Shown here one piece after another: positions 8,953 through 19,493 of a DNA stretch of 64,000 bases. Numbering within the stretch: position 1 is the first letter of the stretch; the number at the start of each line of letters is the position of its first letter. The position numbers and the translations under genes are program-made. The notes beneath the pieces were generated by a model, which had not been told where the DNA came from, ran no database searches, and was given only the letters and a program-made list of their open reading frames with translations. Source of the stretch: Ignavibacterium sp. (lineage in GTDB: Bacteria > Bacteroidota > Ignavibacteria > Ignavibacteriales > Ignavibacteriaceae); contig JBBFMB010000001.1 in assembly GCA_037478755.1 (NCBI GenBank), forward strand, positions 2,178 through 66,177. Direction: 5' to 3'.

Positions 8953-9627
8953 ATGGAAATTAAAAAAACAGATCTCTTCACTTTTATTCATAAAGCAATA
9001 CGCAATATGATTTATACAGTTGGAACCGAGCTTCAGACAGTCGATTTTGCTGATAAATCAGAGAGTAAAAAATTTCTTGATTCACTGAATAACAATCTTG
9101 AACTTTTACACGAGCACGCAATTCATGAAGATGAAATTATTTTCCCTGAAATACAAAGTAATGAATCTGAAATGATTGAATCGCTTACTCTTGAGCATCA
9201 AGCGCTGGATAAAAAGTTGAACCAAATTAAAAGCATGATTTTAGAGTTTGAAAAATATGATGATCAGGCAAAACTGATAGAGCAGGGCAATAAACTTAAT
9301 TTTATGTGTAATGATTTCTTTGCGAGTTATATTATTCATATGAATCACGAAGAAGAAACTGTATTAGAAGCGAGCCAAAAATATCTAAGTGATGAAGAGT
9401 TGATTGCAATCCGTAACAGGATTCAATCAAAAATACCGTCAGAGAGATATAAAGTCTGGATGAAATATATGCTGCCCTCACTGAATTTTTATGAGTTGAC
9501 AGGTTTGCTTTCTGGTTTAAGAAAATCAGCACCAGTTCAAGTATACGAAAATTTTTTAATGGTAGCGGAAGAATTGATTAACAAGGATAGATGGGCTAAA
9601 GTTAAGGAAGCGATTTTATCTGAATGA
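8953..9627 (+). CDS. Hemerythrin/HHE cation-binding domain protein
   Basis: HKAIR, HAIHEDEIIFP, EHQAL, HMNHEE motifs. Confidence 0.85.
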   Translation: MEIKKTDLFTFIHKAIRNMIYTVGTELQTVDFADKSESKKFLDSLNNNLELLHEHAIHEDEIIFPEIQSNESEMIESLTLEHQALDKKLNQIKSMILEFEKYDDQAKLIEQGNKLNFMCNDFFASYIIHMNHEEETVLEASQKYLSDEELIAIRNRIQSKIPSERYKVWMKYMLPSLNFYELTGLLSGLRKSAPVQVYENFLMVAEELINKDRWAKVKEAILSE

Positions 9628-9661
9628 AAAAAATGAGAGCCGAAAAATGTTTTCGGCTCTC
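9628..9661. terminator. Terminator between the convergent hemerythrin and gpmA genes
   Basis: GAGAGCCGAAAA-atg-TTTTCGGCTCTC perfect 12-bp stem, with a U-tract on the minus strand. Confidence 0.8.
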
Positions 9662-9670
9662 TGTTAATAA

Positions 9671-10417
9671 TTATTTTGCTTTACCTTGCGCAGCAACTGC
9701 CGCAGCAGCTTTCTCAATCTCTTCAGGATTTCCTAAATAATAATGCTTTATAGGTTTTAAGTTTTCATCAAGTTCATAAACCAGAGGAATACCTGTTGGG
9801 ATATTGAGTTCTACAATTTCATCATCCGGAATATTATCAAGATATTTTACAAGTGCGCGTAAACTATTTCCGTGAGCTGTAACCAAAACTTTTTTGCCAC
9901 TTTTAACCGTTGGTGCTATTGTGTTTTCCCAATAAGGAACAAACCGCGCAACAGTATCTTTTAAGCATTCAGTTAATGGCAGCTCTGATTCACTCAGTTC
10001 TTTATATCGAGGATCGTGCCCTGGATATCTTGGATCAGATTTTTCTAAAGCAGGAGGTTGAATATCATAACTTCTTCTCCAGATTTTAACCTGTTCTTCA
10101 CCGTATTGTTTAGCTGTTTCGGCTTTATTCAATCCCTGCAATGCACCGTAATGTCTTTCGTTCAAACGCCAGTTACGAATAACAGGAATCCACATTAAAT
10201 CCATTTCATCAAGAACAATCCACAAGGTTCTGATTGCTCGTTTCAATACAGAAGTGTAAGCAATATCGAAAGTATAACCTTCTGCTTTAAGAACTTCACC
10301 GGCTTTCTTTGCTTCTTCTTTACCCTTTTCAGATAAGTCCACATCTGTCCAACCAGTAAAACGATTTTCTTTATTCCAGATGCTTTCGCCATGTCTTAAT
10401 AAAACTATTTTATACAT
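9671..10417 (-). CDS. gpmA: 2,3-bisphosphoglycerate-dependent phosphoglycerate mutase
   Basis: [35 protein letters not shown]. Confidence 0.97.
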   Translation of the reverse strand: MYKIVLLRHGESIWNKENRFTGWTDVDLSEKGKEEAKKAGEVLKAEGYTFDIAYTSVLKRAIRTLWIVLDEMDLMWIPVIRNWRLNERHYGALQGLNKAETAKQYGEEQVKIWRRSYDIQPPALEKSDPRYPGHDPRYKELSESELPLTECLKDTVARFVPYWENTIAPTVKSGKKVLVTAHGNSLRALVKYLDNIPDDEIVELNIPTGIPLVYELDENLKPIKHYYLGNPEEIEKAAAAVAAQGKAK

Positions 10418-10568
10418 ATTAACTCCACTTTGTTTCTGAATAATCTATTGCAAAAATATAAACAGTTCCTCAGCTCTAAAATGTTGGAGATCATACTGCA
10501 AATGCAATTCAAATTATTAGGAAAATAGATTTATCGAAGAGAACTCTTTTTCAGAGGTTTGTTTCTTA

Positions 10569-11177
10569 TCAACTTAATTTTTTCCACGATTTCAAAATCT
10601 GATAGCAGGCATAAGTAAAAATGAAAGCAGCAAACACATCAATTGAGTAGTGTATATGTTGTAACAAAACACAAATAGCAACTGCGATTGTGCAGAACAA
10701 AAAAATCATTCTGAGTTTTTTATCATCGGATGTGAGGAATAAAATAAACAAAGTTGCTGTATGTCCGGAAAAGAACAAATCTTTTGTAAGTGTCTTTCCT
10801 GTTCCGAAAAATTCAACAAAAGGGTCGTTAAGTAAAATCATTTTTTCAGGAGGATTTAATGGAAGCAGCCACATTGAGATCATTCTTACAATTACCATTA
10901 AAGTATACAATTGAATTGCAAACAAAAGTTTTTCAGGTTTTGAAACAAGACTAACAATAGCAGTAATCAATGCACCGTAAATTAATGCGAAGGTAAGCCA
11001 GGTTAAATCTATGGGTTCAAATAGTGATAAGATTGGGTCTGAAAAAGAAAATCCATTTCTCGATTCAACATAATTCAAGAAATTAGTTAAAGAGAAAAGA
11101 ACAACTGCTAAGAGTAAAACGGATATGAAAAACTCAAGTCGGTTTTTCGTTGAAGAGAAATATTCTTTCCAAATCAT
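10569..11177 (-). CDS. Sphingomyelin synthase-like / PAP2-family membrane phosphotransferase
   Basis: About 6 TM; DLFFSGHT and HIHYSIDV match the SMS/IPC-synthase D3 and D4 motifs. Confidence 0.75.
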   Translation of the reverse strand: MIWKEYFSSTKNRLEFFISVLLLAVVLFSLTNFLNYVESRNGFSFSDPILSLFEPIDLTWLTFALIYGALITAIVSLVSKPEKLLFAIQLYTLMVIVRMISMWLLPLNPPEKMILLNDPFVEFFGTGKTLTKDLFFSGHTATLFILFLTSDDKKLRMIFLFCTIAVAICVLLQHIHYSIDVFAAFIFTYACYQILKSWKKLS

Positions 11178-11205
11178 TTAATCCCCTGAAGTGAAAATAT
11201 TCAAA

Positions 11206-11937
11206 TCAGAATTTAATAAACTCAAGAAAATACGGTAACATTTTTCTCCAGGTTGGCCAGTCATGAGGCATATCGTAACCCCAGAGATCAAGCCAGTGAC
11301 GAACACCTTTTGCATTTAGAATGTCAGATAATCTTCTTGAAGCGTCAGGATCTTCGTATGCACCCTGACCGCTTGCAATAATAATTTTTCCTTTACGCAT
11401 ATGACTTAACATATATTCATCATTCCAGTGAGGCAGATAATCTACCGGCGAGTTGAAATAAACATTATCATCATAATAACCTTTTGTGTAGCTTTTTAAA
11501 TCATAACTTCCACTCATAGCAATTGTACCAGAAAAAATATCCGGTCGTCTGAAAAAATTGTTAGCCGCGTGAAGTGCTCCAAGTGAAGCTCCTGTTGTTA
11601 TTATTGGAACTAATCCGCGGCAATGACTGTGAATAAAAGGAACAACTTCTTCAACAATATATCTGTTGTATTGCTGATGACGAATAGCTTTTTGTGCAGG
11701 ATGCATCTGATTGTTCAACCAGCTTTCACTGTTGATACTATTTATAGAGAATGCTTTTAATTTCCCCTGCGCTAAATATGGTGATATGCTGTCAATCAAA
11801 TGAAATCTTTCATATTCAAGAAAATCTGCTGCAGCTGTAGGGAACATCAGTAATGCATAACCATAAGTTCCGTACACAACAATTTCCATATCTTTGTTAA
11901 GGTTAGGGCTGTACCATCTATGGATTTCTCTGCTCAT
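11206..11937 (-). CDS. Alpha/beta-hydrolase esterase family protein
   Basis: GASLG nucleophile elbow; HDWPTW catalytic His. Confidence 0.85.
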   Translation of the reverse strand: MSREIHRWYSPNLNKDMEIVVYGTYGYALLMFPTAAADFLEYERFHLIDSISPYLAQGKLKAFSINSINSESWLNNQMHPAQKAIRHQQYNRYIVEEVVPFIHSHCRGLVPIITTGASLGALHAANNFFRRPDIFSGTIAMSGSYDLKSYTKGYYDDNVYFNSPVDYLPHWNDEYMLSHMRKGKIIIASGQGAYEDPDASRRLSDILNAKGVRHWLDLWGYDMPHDWPTWRKMLPYFLEFIKF

Positions 11938-12081
11938 TTTTCTCCTGTGTGCTTGTGGAAAGTTTCAAAATTCTACCGGTGAATGTAAATAAATGATAAA
12001 AAAAATTAAAACTTTATTTGTTGATGATTTAAGCTGTGTATTTATCTTTGAAGTAATTATAATTTTTGTTGAGGAATAAAT

Positions 12082-13368
12082 ATGACTGAAACCACTCAGA
12101 AGAAAAATATTTTCAAATCCTTCTCTCTCAATTACTGGATTGTAATCATAATGGAATTTTTTGAACGCGGCTCTTACTACGGAATGATGAGTATACTCTC
12201 TGTTTATATGACTGATCAATTAAACTTTTCTAAAGAAAGTGTAGGTGTTATTAAAAGTACAATCCAACCTTTACTTTATATACTTCCTATTCTTGCCGGT
12301 GCTATTGGTGATCGCTTCGGTTATAAAAGAACACTTACATTTGCATTTATTTTTCTCGGATTGGGATATTTCCTCACAAGTCAAACCACTGAATACGCAT
12401 TAGTGTTTGGAAGTCTTGTTATTATGGGAATTGGTGCCGGTGCATTCAAACCTATGATTTCTGGAACTATTGCACGAGAGACAGATCAAAGCAACAGTAC
12501 ACTTGGCTTTGGAATTTTTTATTGGTCAATAAATCTTGGAGCATTTTTATTCCCGCTCATTTTGGTTCCTTACATTAAAAATACTTTCGGTTGGAATTAT
12601 GTTATGATTGCATCTGCAATCTGTACAACAGCAATGCTTATTCCTACATTTTTTATTTATAAAGAACCAAAGAAACCTGAAAGCCAGAAATCGCTTGCAG
12701 AAGTATTGAAAGGTGCAGTATTAGTTTTAACTGATTTCAAATTTATTGGATTAATTTTGATCTACTCCGGTTTCTGGATACTTTATTTTCAAATGTTCGA
12801 CTCTGTTTTGTGGTATGTTCAAAAATATGTTGACGCAACTTCACTGAATAATTTTGTTAATGGAATCTTTAACGCTCTTGGAATTGATTTAAACTGGAAG
12901 TTTGATGTTGAGCATGTTACAGTCATAAATGCTGGAACTATTATTTTACTTCAAATTGTTGTTTCAAACATCGTAAAAAACACTAAAGCATTACCAACTA
13001 TGATTACCGGTATTGCTATGGGAACAATCGGAATGGCTATTCTTGCAATTAACACTAACATCTGGGTGTTTATGATTGGAATAATCATTTTTTCAATAGG
13101 TGAAATGACAGCTCATCCAAAGTTTATAAGCTATGTTGGTTTAATTGCACCTGAAGATAAAAAAGCACTTTATCTTGGTTATTCATTCTTATACGGTGTC
13201 TTTGGAAGCTTTGTTGGTGGAATACTTGGTGCCAATCTTTATGTGCATTTTGTTGATAATCTGAATCAACCTTCAACTTTGTGGATTATATTCAGTTTAA
13301 TCGGAGTTGCAACAATTATCGGATTGATGCTTTATAATAAATTCGTTTCTCATCATAGAGGAATTTAG
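12082..13368 (+). CDS. MFS transporter, POT/PTR peptide-transporter-like
   Basis: EFFERGSYYG (ExxER motif), GDRFGYK, FYWSINLGA; about 12 TM. Confidence 0.88.
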   Translation: MTETTQKKNIFKSFSLNYWIVIIMEFFERGSYYGMMSILSVYMTDQLNFSKESVGVIKSTIQPLLYILPILAGAIGDRFGYKRTLTFAFIFLGLGYFLTSQTTEYALVFGSLVIMGIGAGAFKPMISGTIARETDQSNSTLGFGIFYWSINLGAFLFPLILVPYIKNTFGWNYVMIASAICTTAMLIPTFFIYKEPKKPESQKSLAEVLKGAVLVLTDFKFIGLILIYSGFWILYFQMFDSVLWYVQKYVDATSLNNFVNGIFNALGIDLNWKFDVEHVTVINAGTIILLQIVVSNIVKNTKALPTMITGIAMGTIGMAILAINTNIWVFMIGIIIFSIGEMTAHPKFISYVGLIAPEDKKALYLGYSFLYGVFGSFVGGILGANLYVHFVDNLNQPSTLWIIFSLIGVATIIGLMLYNKFVSHHRGI

Positions 13369-13479
13369 CACTAATTGACGAATGCGAAATATCTGTTTCT
13401 TATAGAATTTAATTCAATTATTTTTAAAAAGCGCATTTAATAATCCTGTTGCGCCTCTTAACTCATTCAGAGGCATTTT

Positions 13480-15924
13480 ATGAAAGAGGCGTTTATCAAT
13501 CTCAAAATAATTTTTGGGATTGACTTAATACTTTTCTTCTTCTGTCTTTCTGGTATAGTTCAAATCAGCGAAAAGGCAAAACTGCCCTTTGAAATTTCGC
13601 AATCGGACAATCATATATTTATAACTTCTTCCCGAAATAATCATTATAATTTTCTAAATAAAACTGAGCTTATATCTGTTGATGGATTACCGGTAACAAG
13701 CACTGAATCAGTTGAGCTGATAACAGATTTAAAAAATATTGGAGATAAAATTCAGTTAAGAGTTATATTTGATGGTAAATCAGAATTGACCGAAGCTGTT
13801 CTCACTAGTTTTTATTCAAATTGGTATATCGCTGAGATATCATTTGTTTCGCTTCTCTTCTTTATAACTGCTGTGTTTCTTCTGCTGCGAAAACCAAAAG
13901 AAAAATCAGCACATATTTTTCATTGGGCTTGTATTGGAATTGTGTGCATTATTGATTTAACCTGGGGAAATAATAATGTTGACATAATTATTCCATATTC
14001 TTTATCAAGATTTCCATTTCATATATTCTACGCATTAACACCTTTTTTATTTCTTCATTTTACTTTTGTTTTCCCAAAAGATGACAGCGACAAGTATAAA
14101 TTATTTTTAAGAATAGTTTATGTCATTGCCTTCGCAATTGGATTTGCTGCATATATTAATTATAACTCTTTCACACAATCTCCTGATGAAAAATCATTAA
14201 ATCGTTATCTTGATTTTTTTAATATAATCCGTTTGATGCTGATTGTTTTTGTTTTACTTGCAGTGTCAAATTTCATTCTAAGATTTATTAGAGAAAAAGA
14301 AATTTCATCCAGGAAAAAATTAAAATGGGTTTTGCTTGGCTTTGTTATCGGTCCTCTTTGTTTCGCTCTGTTGTGGGCATTACCAATTTTAATCTGGAAT
14401 GAATCGCTGATTAGTGAAGAACTCATTTTGTTATTTATATGTGCAGTTCCGATAACCTTTGCAGTTGCAATAGTTAAATATCATTTGTTTGATATTGATT
14501 ACATCCTTAACCGCAGTATTGTTTACTTAATTGTGATTGCTATTCTGACAATTTTATATATTTCATTTCTTAGCTTGATAGTATCTAATGTATCTACTCA
14601 AAGCACTGGAATATTTTCTGTTATTTCTGCAGTGGTAATTGCAATAATCTTCCAGCCGCTTAAAAACAAAGTGCAGTTATATGTTGATAAAAAATTTTTC
14701 AGAGTGAATTATGATTTTAAGAGAGCATTAAACACACTTCTTTCATCGATTCAGAATTTTTATCAGATAAAACCACTTGCTGATTATCTTATAGATGAAA
14801 TTGATAAACTGATGCCTCTGGAAAAAATTGGATACTGCGAGTATGAAAAGAATTCAAAAAAGTTAAAACTTATTGGAAGCAAAAATTTTAATTACCTCGA
14901 CAATAAAAGTCTTTTTATCAAAGATGAAACTCTAAGAAAGGAATTCTTCCGAATTGCAGCTGACCAAAAATGTGTTGAACCCGAAGCAGTGGTCTCTTTC
15001 ATACATCAGAAAACTTTATTGCGATGGAACATTAGTGTTGTGGTTCCGATAATTTCACCCAAAGGATCATTATTTGGGGTATTAATTATTGGAAAGAAAA
15101 AATCCGGAACAAAATACTCAGTTGAGGACATAGAATTGCTTAAAGCAGTTGCAATTCAAACAGCAGCATCAGTTGAGAGAATAAAACTTCAGGAAGAAAT
15201 TATATCTGAAAAGCTAGAGGCTGAAAAGCAGATTGAACTGAACAGACAGAAATCTTTATTCGTTTCAAGTGTGTCTCACGATCTTAAGACTCCAATTACT
15301 TCAATAAAACTGTTTGCAGAAAAAATTTTAGAGGAAGAAAAAAACCTTTCAGACAAAGCATTTCGAAACCTTAAAATTATTAATGGAGAATCAGACCGTT
15401 TAACAAGATTGGTAAATAATATTCTTGACTATTCTAAAATTGAAAAGGGTATTCAAGAATATCATTTTAAAAAAGTTTCCCTGAATGAAATAACAGATAA
15501 AGTTATATCCTCAATGGAATACATTTTCAAAATCAATCAGTTTACTATTCAAAAAGAGATAGAAGCTGTAGCTGACACAATCAAAGCTGATGAGGATGCA
15601 ATAATTGAAGCGATTGAAAATGTAATATCAAACTCATTGAAATTTTCAGATAAAAACAAAACAATAATTATTAAAACTTACAATCATAACGGATTTGTCT
15701 GCCTTAAGATTTCGGACTTTGGAAAAGGAATTAATCAGCAGGAACTTGGCAAGATCTTCGAACCTTATTATCGTTCTCAAAGTTATTCTGCAACCGAAGG
15801 AACAGGGCTTGGTTTGGCAATAGTTAAACATATAGTTGATGCACATTTTGGGAAAATTGAAATTAAAAGTAAGCTAAATAAAGGCACAGACTTTGAAATT
15901 TCTTTTCCATTAATTCACGATTAA
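13480..15924 (+). CDS. Multi-TM sensor histidine kinase (PDZ-like, membrane, GAF, HisKA, HATPase)
   Basis: SHDLKTP H-box, NSLKF N-box, DFGKG, GTGLGL; GAF-like region ending YSVEDIELLKAVA; ISVDGLPV PDZ-like strand. Confidence 0.9.
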   Translation: MKEAFINLKIIFGIDLILFFFCLSGIVQISEKAKLPFEISQSDNHIFITSSRNNHYNFLNKTELISVDGLPVTSTESVELITDLKNIGDKIQLRVIFDGKSELTEAVLTSFYSNWYIAEISFVSLLFFITAVFLLLRKPKEKSAHIFHWACIGIVCIIDLTWGNNNVDIIIPYSLSRFPFHIFYALTPFLFLHFTFVFPKDDSDKYKLFLRIVYVIAFAIGFAAYINYNSFTQSPDEKSLNRYLDFFNIIRLMLIVFVLLAVSNFILRFIREKEISSRKKLKWVLLGFVIGPLCFALLWALPILIWNESLISEELILLFICAVPITFAVAIVKYHLFDIDYILNRSIVYLIVIAILTILYISFLSLIVSNVSTQSTGIFSVISAVVIAIIFQPLKNKVQLYVDKKFFRVNYDFKRALNTLLSSIQNFYQIKPLADYLIDEIDKLMPLEKIGYCEYEKNSKKLKLIGSKNFNYLDNKSLFIKDETLRKEFFRIAADQKCVEPEAVVSFIHQKTLLRWNISVVVPIISPKGSLFGVLIIGKKKSGTKYSVEDIELLKAVAIQTAASVERIKLQEEIISEKLEAEKQIELNRQKSLFVSSVSHDLKTPITSIKLFAEKILEEEKNLSDKAFRNLKIINGESDRLTRLVNNILDYSKIEKGIQEYHFKKVSLNEITDKVISSMEYIFKINQFTIQKEIEAVADTIKADEDAIIEAIENVISNSLKFSDKNKTIIIKTYNHNGFVCLKISDFGKGINQQELGKIFEPYYRSQSYSATEGTGLGLAIVKHIVDAHFGKIEIKSKLNKGTDFEISFPLIHD

Positions 15925-15948
15925 TTTTTTTTAAGAGAGGAAATATCT

Positions 15949-16629
15949 ATGCATAAAATTCTTTTAATTGAAGATGATGCGGCAATAAGACTGGCTATTA
16001 AAGAATCGCTTGAATCAGAAAATTATTTCGTTGATGAAGTTGATAATTCCTCTGCAGCTTTTAATAAAATTCATAATGATAATTATGACTTGATATTGCT
16101 TGATCTGATTTTACCAGATATGGATGGAGTTGAGCTTTGCAAAAAACTTCGGGCAGAAGATATCCGCGTTCCGATAATTATGGTTACCAGCAGAAAAGAT
16201 GAAATTGATAAAGTAATTGGTTTGGAAATCGGCGCAGATGACTACATTACAAAACCTTTCAGTATGCGTGAGCTTTTAGCAAGAATAAAAGCAATCTTAC
16301 GCAGAGTAAGTTTTGATGCTAGCAAGCCAGAGAAATATAGTTTCGGAAATGTATCCATTGACTTCAAAAAATTTGTAGCATTAAAAGAAGATAAACCAAT
16401 AAAACTTTCTGCAACTGAATTCAGGATTTTGCATTACTTTATTCAGCACGAAGGTGAAGTGATTAGCCGTGATAAATTTCTTGATGATGTCTGGGGCTAT
16501 GATTCATTCCCGACTACCAGAACAGTTGATAATTTTATACTTTCTTTGAGAAAAAAGATTGAAGATAATCCTGCTGAACCAAAACATTTGATAACTGTGC
16601 ATAAAATTGGCTATAAGTTCACACGATAA
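15949..16629 (+). CDS. OmpR/PhoB-family response regulator
   Basis: EDD, LDLILP, GADDYITKPF; winged helix RTVDNFILSLRKKIE...GYKF. Confidence 0.95.
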   Translation: MHKILLIEDDAAIRLAIKESLESENYFVDEVDNSSAAFNKIHNDNYDLILLDLILPDMDGVELCKKLRAEDIRVPIIMVTSRKDEIDKVIGLEIGADDYITKPFSMRELLARIKAILRRVSFDASKPEKYSFGNVSIDFKKFVALKEDKPIKLSATEFRILHYFIQHEGEVISRDKFLDDVWGYDSFPTTRTVDNFILSLRKKIEDNPAEPKHLITVHKIGYKFTR

Positions 16630-16642
16630 AATCTTTACCTGA

Positions 16643-16662
16643 TTTTGACAATTTTTTGACAA
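16643..16662 (+). promoter_or_regulatory. Tandem direct repeat, putative OmpR-family binding site
   Basis: TTTTGACAA at 16643 and 16654 (11-bp period), between the regulator and the downstream operon. Confidence 0.55.
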
Positions 16663-16716
16663 ATCGTTCTTTGTTTAATCTTAGTTTTCTCTCAGAAAAA
16701 GAGAGAGGTAGTAACT

Positions 16717-17121
16717 ATGAAAATGTTTTGCATACTTATTTCAGTTTCTTTTTGCATTCTTATGTTAACTATGCCAGGATGTTCCTGGTCGTATGAAGCA
16801 GCTAAAGTCGAGATCGACACATTACAACCTTTCCAAAATTATTCATCTCCTACGAAAGTTTTTCTTCGCAATGATAATGTTCTAATCTTTCCGGAAGGAT
16901 TTACACTTCGTTACAATCATTTAATTGGCAATCATAGCACTTTTAATTTTAAGGGTGAGGAGCTTAAATCTGACTCAACTGTTTCTCTGGATAGTATTGT
17001 GGCAATCGTTCAATACGAAGAAAACACATCAGGAGGAATGTATTTCGCTGATGTAATGAATGGGATATTTGGAACCTTATTAACTACTACTGCAGTCTAT
17101 TGTTTAATATGTCCAAAATAA
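16717..17121 (+). pseudogene. Lipoprotein-like N-terminal fragment (probably truncated)
   Basis: Lipobox-like MPGC; stops abruptly after a hydrophobic helix at CLICPK, overlapping the next ORF in another frame. Confidence 0.45.
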
Positions 17122-17747
17122 TGAATGAGGATAAAGTCTATGCAATGCAATTCAAAACAGTGTATGATATGTTCTCCGGAATAAATATGGAAGTCTATCG
17201 GAATAATGGCTGGATTGATTTGGGAAAGTTTGAGGATGCTGGTCCAATTAACTGGAAATATTCAGTTGCAGAAATACCTGTAAATCCGGATGGATTAGTT
17301 CGGTTAAAATTAAGTTTTATTCCTGATAACATTATGATTGATTACATCGCTTTCGATACAACTGAAACTGAAAACAATTTTACAATAGAAAGACTATTTC
17401 CAATATCAATTAGAGATCATAATAATTCTGAAAGAATTGATCTGTATGAATTTATTTCAACAGATGATTCAACTTATCTCGTAACCAATCCCGGCGACAA
17501 TTATCTGTTAAATTATTTCGTAAACACATCGACTGACTCTTCAGTTACATTGTTTGTCGAATCGAAAGGGTATTACAATGAATGGATAAGAGGAAACTGG
17601 ATAAGAGAAAAAAATGTGAATTATACTTTTAATCTGTTTGATATTCATGGAACACTAAACAGACTTGTTGACAGTTGGCTTGAAAACAAAGATTTATTGG
17701 AAGAGGAATTTTTTAATACAAGAATTCCTCTTAAGGAGGCAAAATGA
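17121..17747 (+). pseudogene. C-terminal fragment (or separate small protein) following the truncated lipoprotein
   Basis: ATG at 17121 overlaps the upstream TAA; no RBS or signal peptide; DAGPI and SKGYYNEWIR segments look like the C-terminal half of a larger exported protein. Confidence 0.45.
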
Positions 17748-18319
17748 AATCAATATTAATCACTTGTATTGTAAGTATAATTATTTGTAGCTGTGGAAGC
17801 AGCAAATTTACAACAACACATTTCGGTCACAAAGTAGAGATTGAAACTGAAACTACAAATCTTTGGGCAGAGTTGGTTGCTGTCCAGGATAATGAATTAA
17901 TTATTCTCCTTGCTAATGAAGTTTACATGGGAAGAAGTAAAATAAAACCCGGATTGGCAAAAATTAATTTCAAAAATATTAATTCAATATCTATATCAGA
18001 TCTGCAAAATTCAGGTAATGATAGGGTTTTACTTTTTCAAATTCTACCAGCTGCATTATTGGGGATAACCGCTGGAGCATATTCTGGTGGAGGTGGTGTA
18101 GCAATAGCTTTTGCCGGCGTTCTGATGATTCCAGGATTAATAACAAATATGATTTATAATGCAAGTACTCCGGATCCAGTTGAATGGAATAGTGATATAC
18201 CGAAAGAAAATATTTATGATTTCAGAATTTATTCCAGAATAACTCATAAACTAACTGAAGAACAGCTAAACGAACTTCTTGATTATTATAAACAAAAAGA
18301 GATCATAGTCTTAAAGTAG
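17744..18319 (+). CDS. Hypothetical lipoprotein with a Gly-rich hydrophobic hairpin
   Basis: Lipobox-like ICSC; AAGGAGG RBS; ATGA overlap with the previous ORF. Confidence 0.7.
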   Translation: MKSILITCIVSIIICSCGSSKFTTTHFGHKVEIETETTNLWAELVAVQDNELIILLANEVYMGRSKIKPGLAKINFKNINSISISDLQNSGNDRVLLFQILPAALLGITAGAYSGGGGVAIAFAGVLMIPGLITNMIYNASTPDPVEWNSDIPKENIYDFRIYSRITHKLTEEQLNELLDYYKQKEIIVLK

Positions 18320-18327
18320 AGAGTTTT

Positions 18328-19431
18328 ATGAAAACGAATTTAATAATAATGGTAATTTTAGTTTCATTGCTGAGTTTTTATAATCAGTCATATTCACAAT
18401 CAGATTCAGCAAGGGCAAATATTGAAGCTTTGCCAATTCTGAGCTATGACTCAGATGTTGGAATTGGTTTCGGAGCGAAGTTATTTCTTTTTGATTTAAT
18501 GAAAAGCAAAGAAAGTTTTGACTTTATTCTTTTCGGCAGTACAAAAGGTGAACGCTGGTTTAAGATAGTTTACTCTTCTCCAGATTTTGAAAGCCGGCAA
18601 GGAAAAAAGTTTCCTGTTTCATTTGATATTATTGCCGAGTATGACAAGTATAGTAAATACTATTACTATGTTACACGAACAAGTTTAAATCCATCAACCA
18701 TTTCTTATGAATTAAAAGACTACAAAAACGAAAGCACTTATGAAAAAATTAATTTAGGAATCTTTATATCGAGAGGATTTCTGAAAGATTTTACAGGAAC
18801 ACTTGCACTTCAATATAAAAACTTCAGTCTTTACGATCTTAAACTTGATTCACTGTTGTATTATGAATATGATTATCCTGTGCCGGAAAGTGGAGGTTTT
18901 CTATCCTTACTAATTAATTCGAAATGGGATACGAGAAACAGTTACATTAATCCTTTATCCGGATTATTGATGCAATTGGAATACGAATTAATTCATCAGA
19001 TGTCTCCTTCTAATCATTTGTACTCACGACTGATGTTAGCATTTCAACAGTATAATGAAATTATTGAAAAAAATTTAGTAATAGCTTTAAGAATTAAAGC
19101 TGAAACAACTGGCGGTGGTTTAGGCTCTTCAACCTTTATATTGCTGCCGGTTGGTGGCAGTAATAATTTAAGAGGTTATGCACTGGATAAATACAGATTT
19201 ACTATGATGATTTTAGCAAATGGAGAATTAAGATTTCCAATCTGGTGGAGATTCGGAGGAATTGCCGGGGTTGATTATGCGACAGGTACTTTACCTAATG
19301 ACGAGAGCAAAAGCTTAATCAATGCTGTATGTGGCTTAAGATTACTGATGGACAATTTTGTTGTTAGGGCTGATGTTGGTTTTAGTAAAGATGAAACAGG
19401 CTTCTATCTGAACTTTGGACATCTTTTCTGA
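18328..19431 (+). CDS. Omp85/BamA-TamA family barrel-only protein (no POTRA)
   Basis: Signal peptide; LPILSYDSDVGIGFG, WDTRNS, VGGSNNLRGY, C-terminal FYLNFGHLF. Confidence 0.85.
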   Translation: MKTNLIIMVILVSLLSFYNQSYSQSDSARANIEALPILSYDSDVGIGFGAKLFLFDLMKSKESFDFILFGSTKGERWFKIVYSSPDFESRQGKKFPVSFDIIAEYDKYSKYYYYVTRTSLNPSTISYELKDYKNESTYEKINLGIFISRGFLKDFTGTLALQYKNFSLYDLKLDSLLYYEYDYPVPESGGFLSLLINSKWDTRNSYINPLSGLLMQLEYELIHQMSPSNHLYSRLMLAFQQYNEIIEKNLVIALRIKAETTGGGLGSSTFILLPVGGSNNLRGYALDKYRFTMMILANGELRFPIWWRFGGIAGVDYATGTLPNDESKSLINAVCGLRLLMDNFVVRADVGFSKDETGFYLNFGHLF

Positions 19432-19493
19432 TTTGCTAAATAATCTGTTCTTTATAAAAAATATTTTTTAACAAAAAATCACGCGAGGCATTT

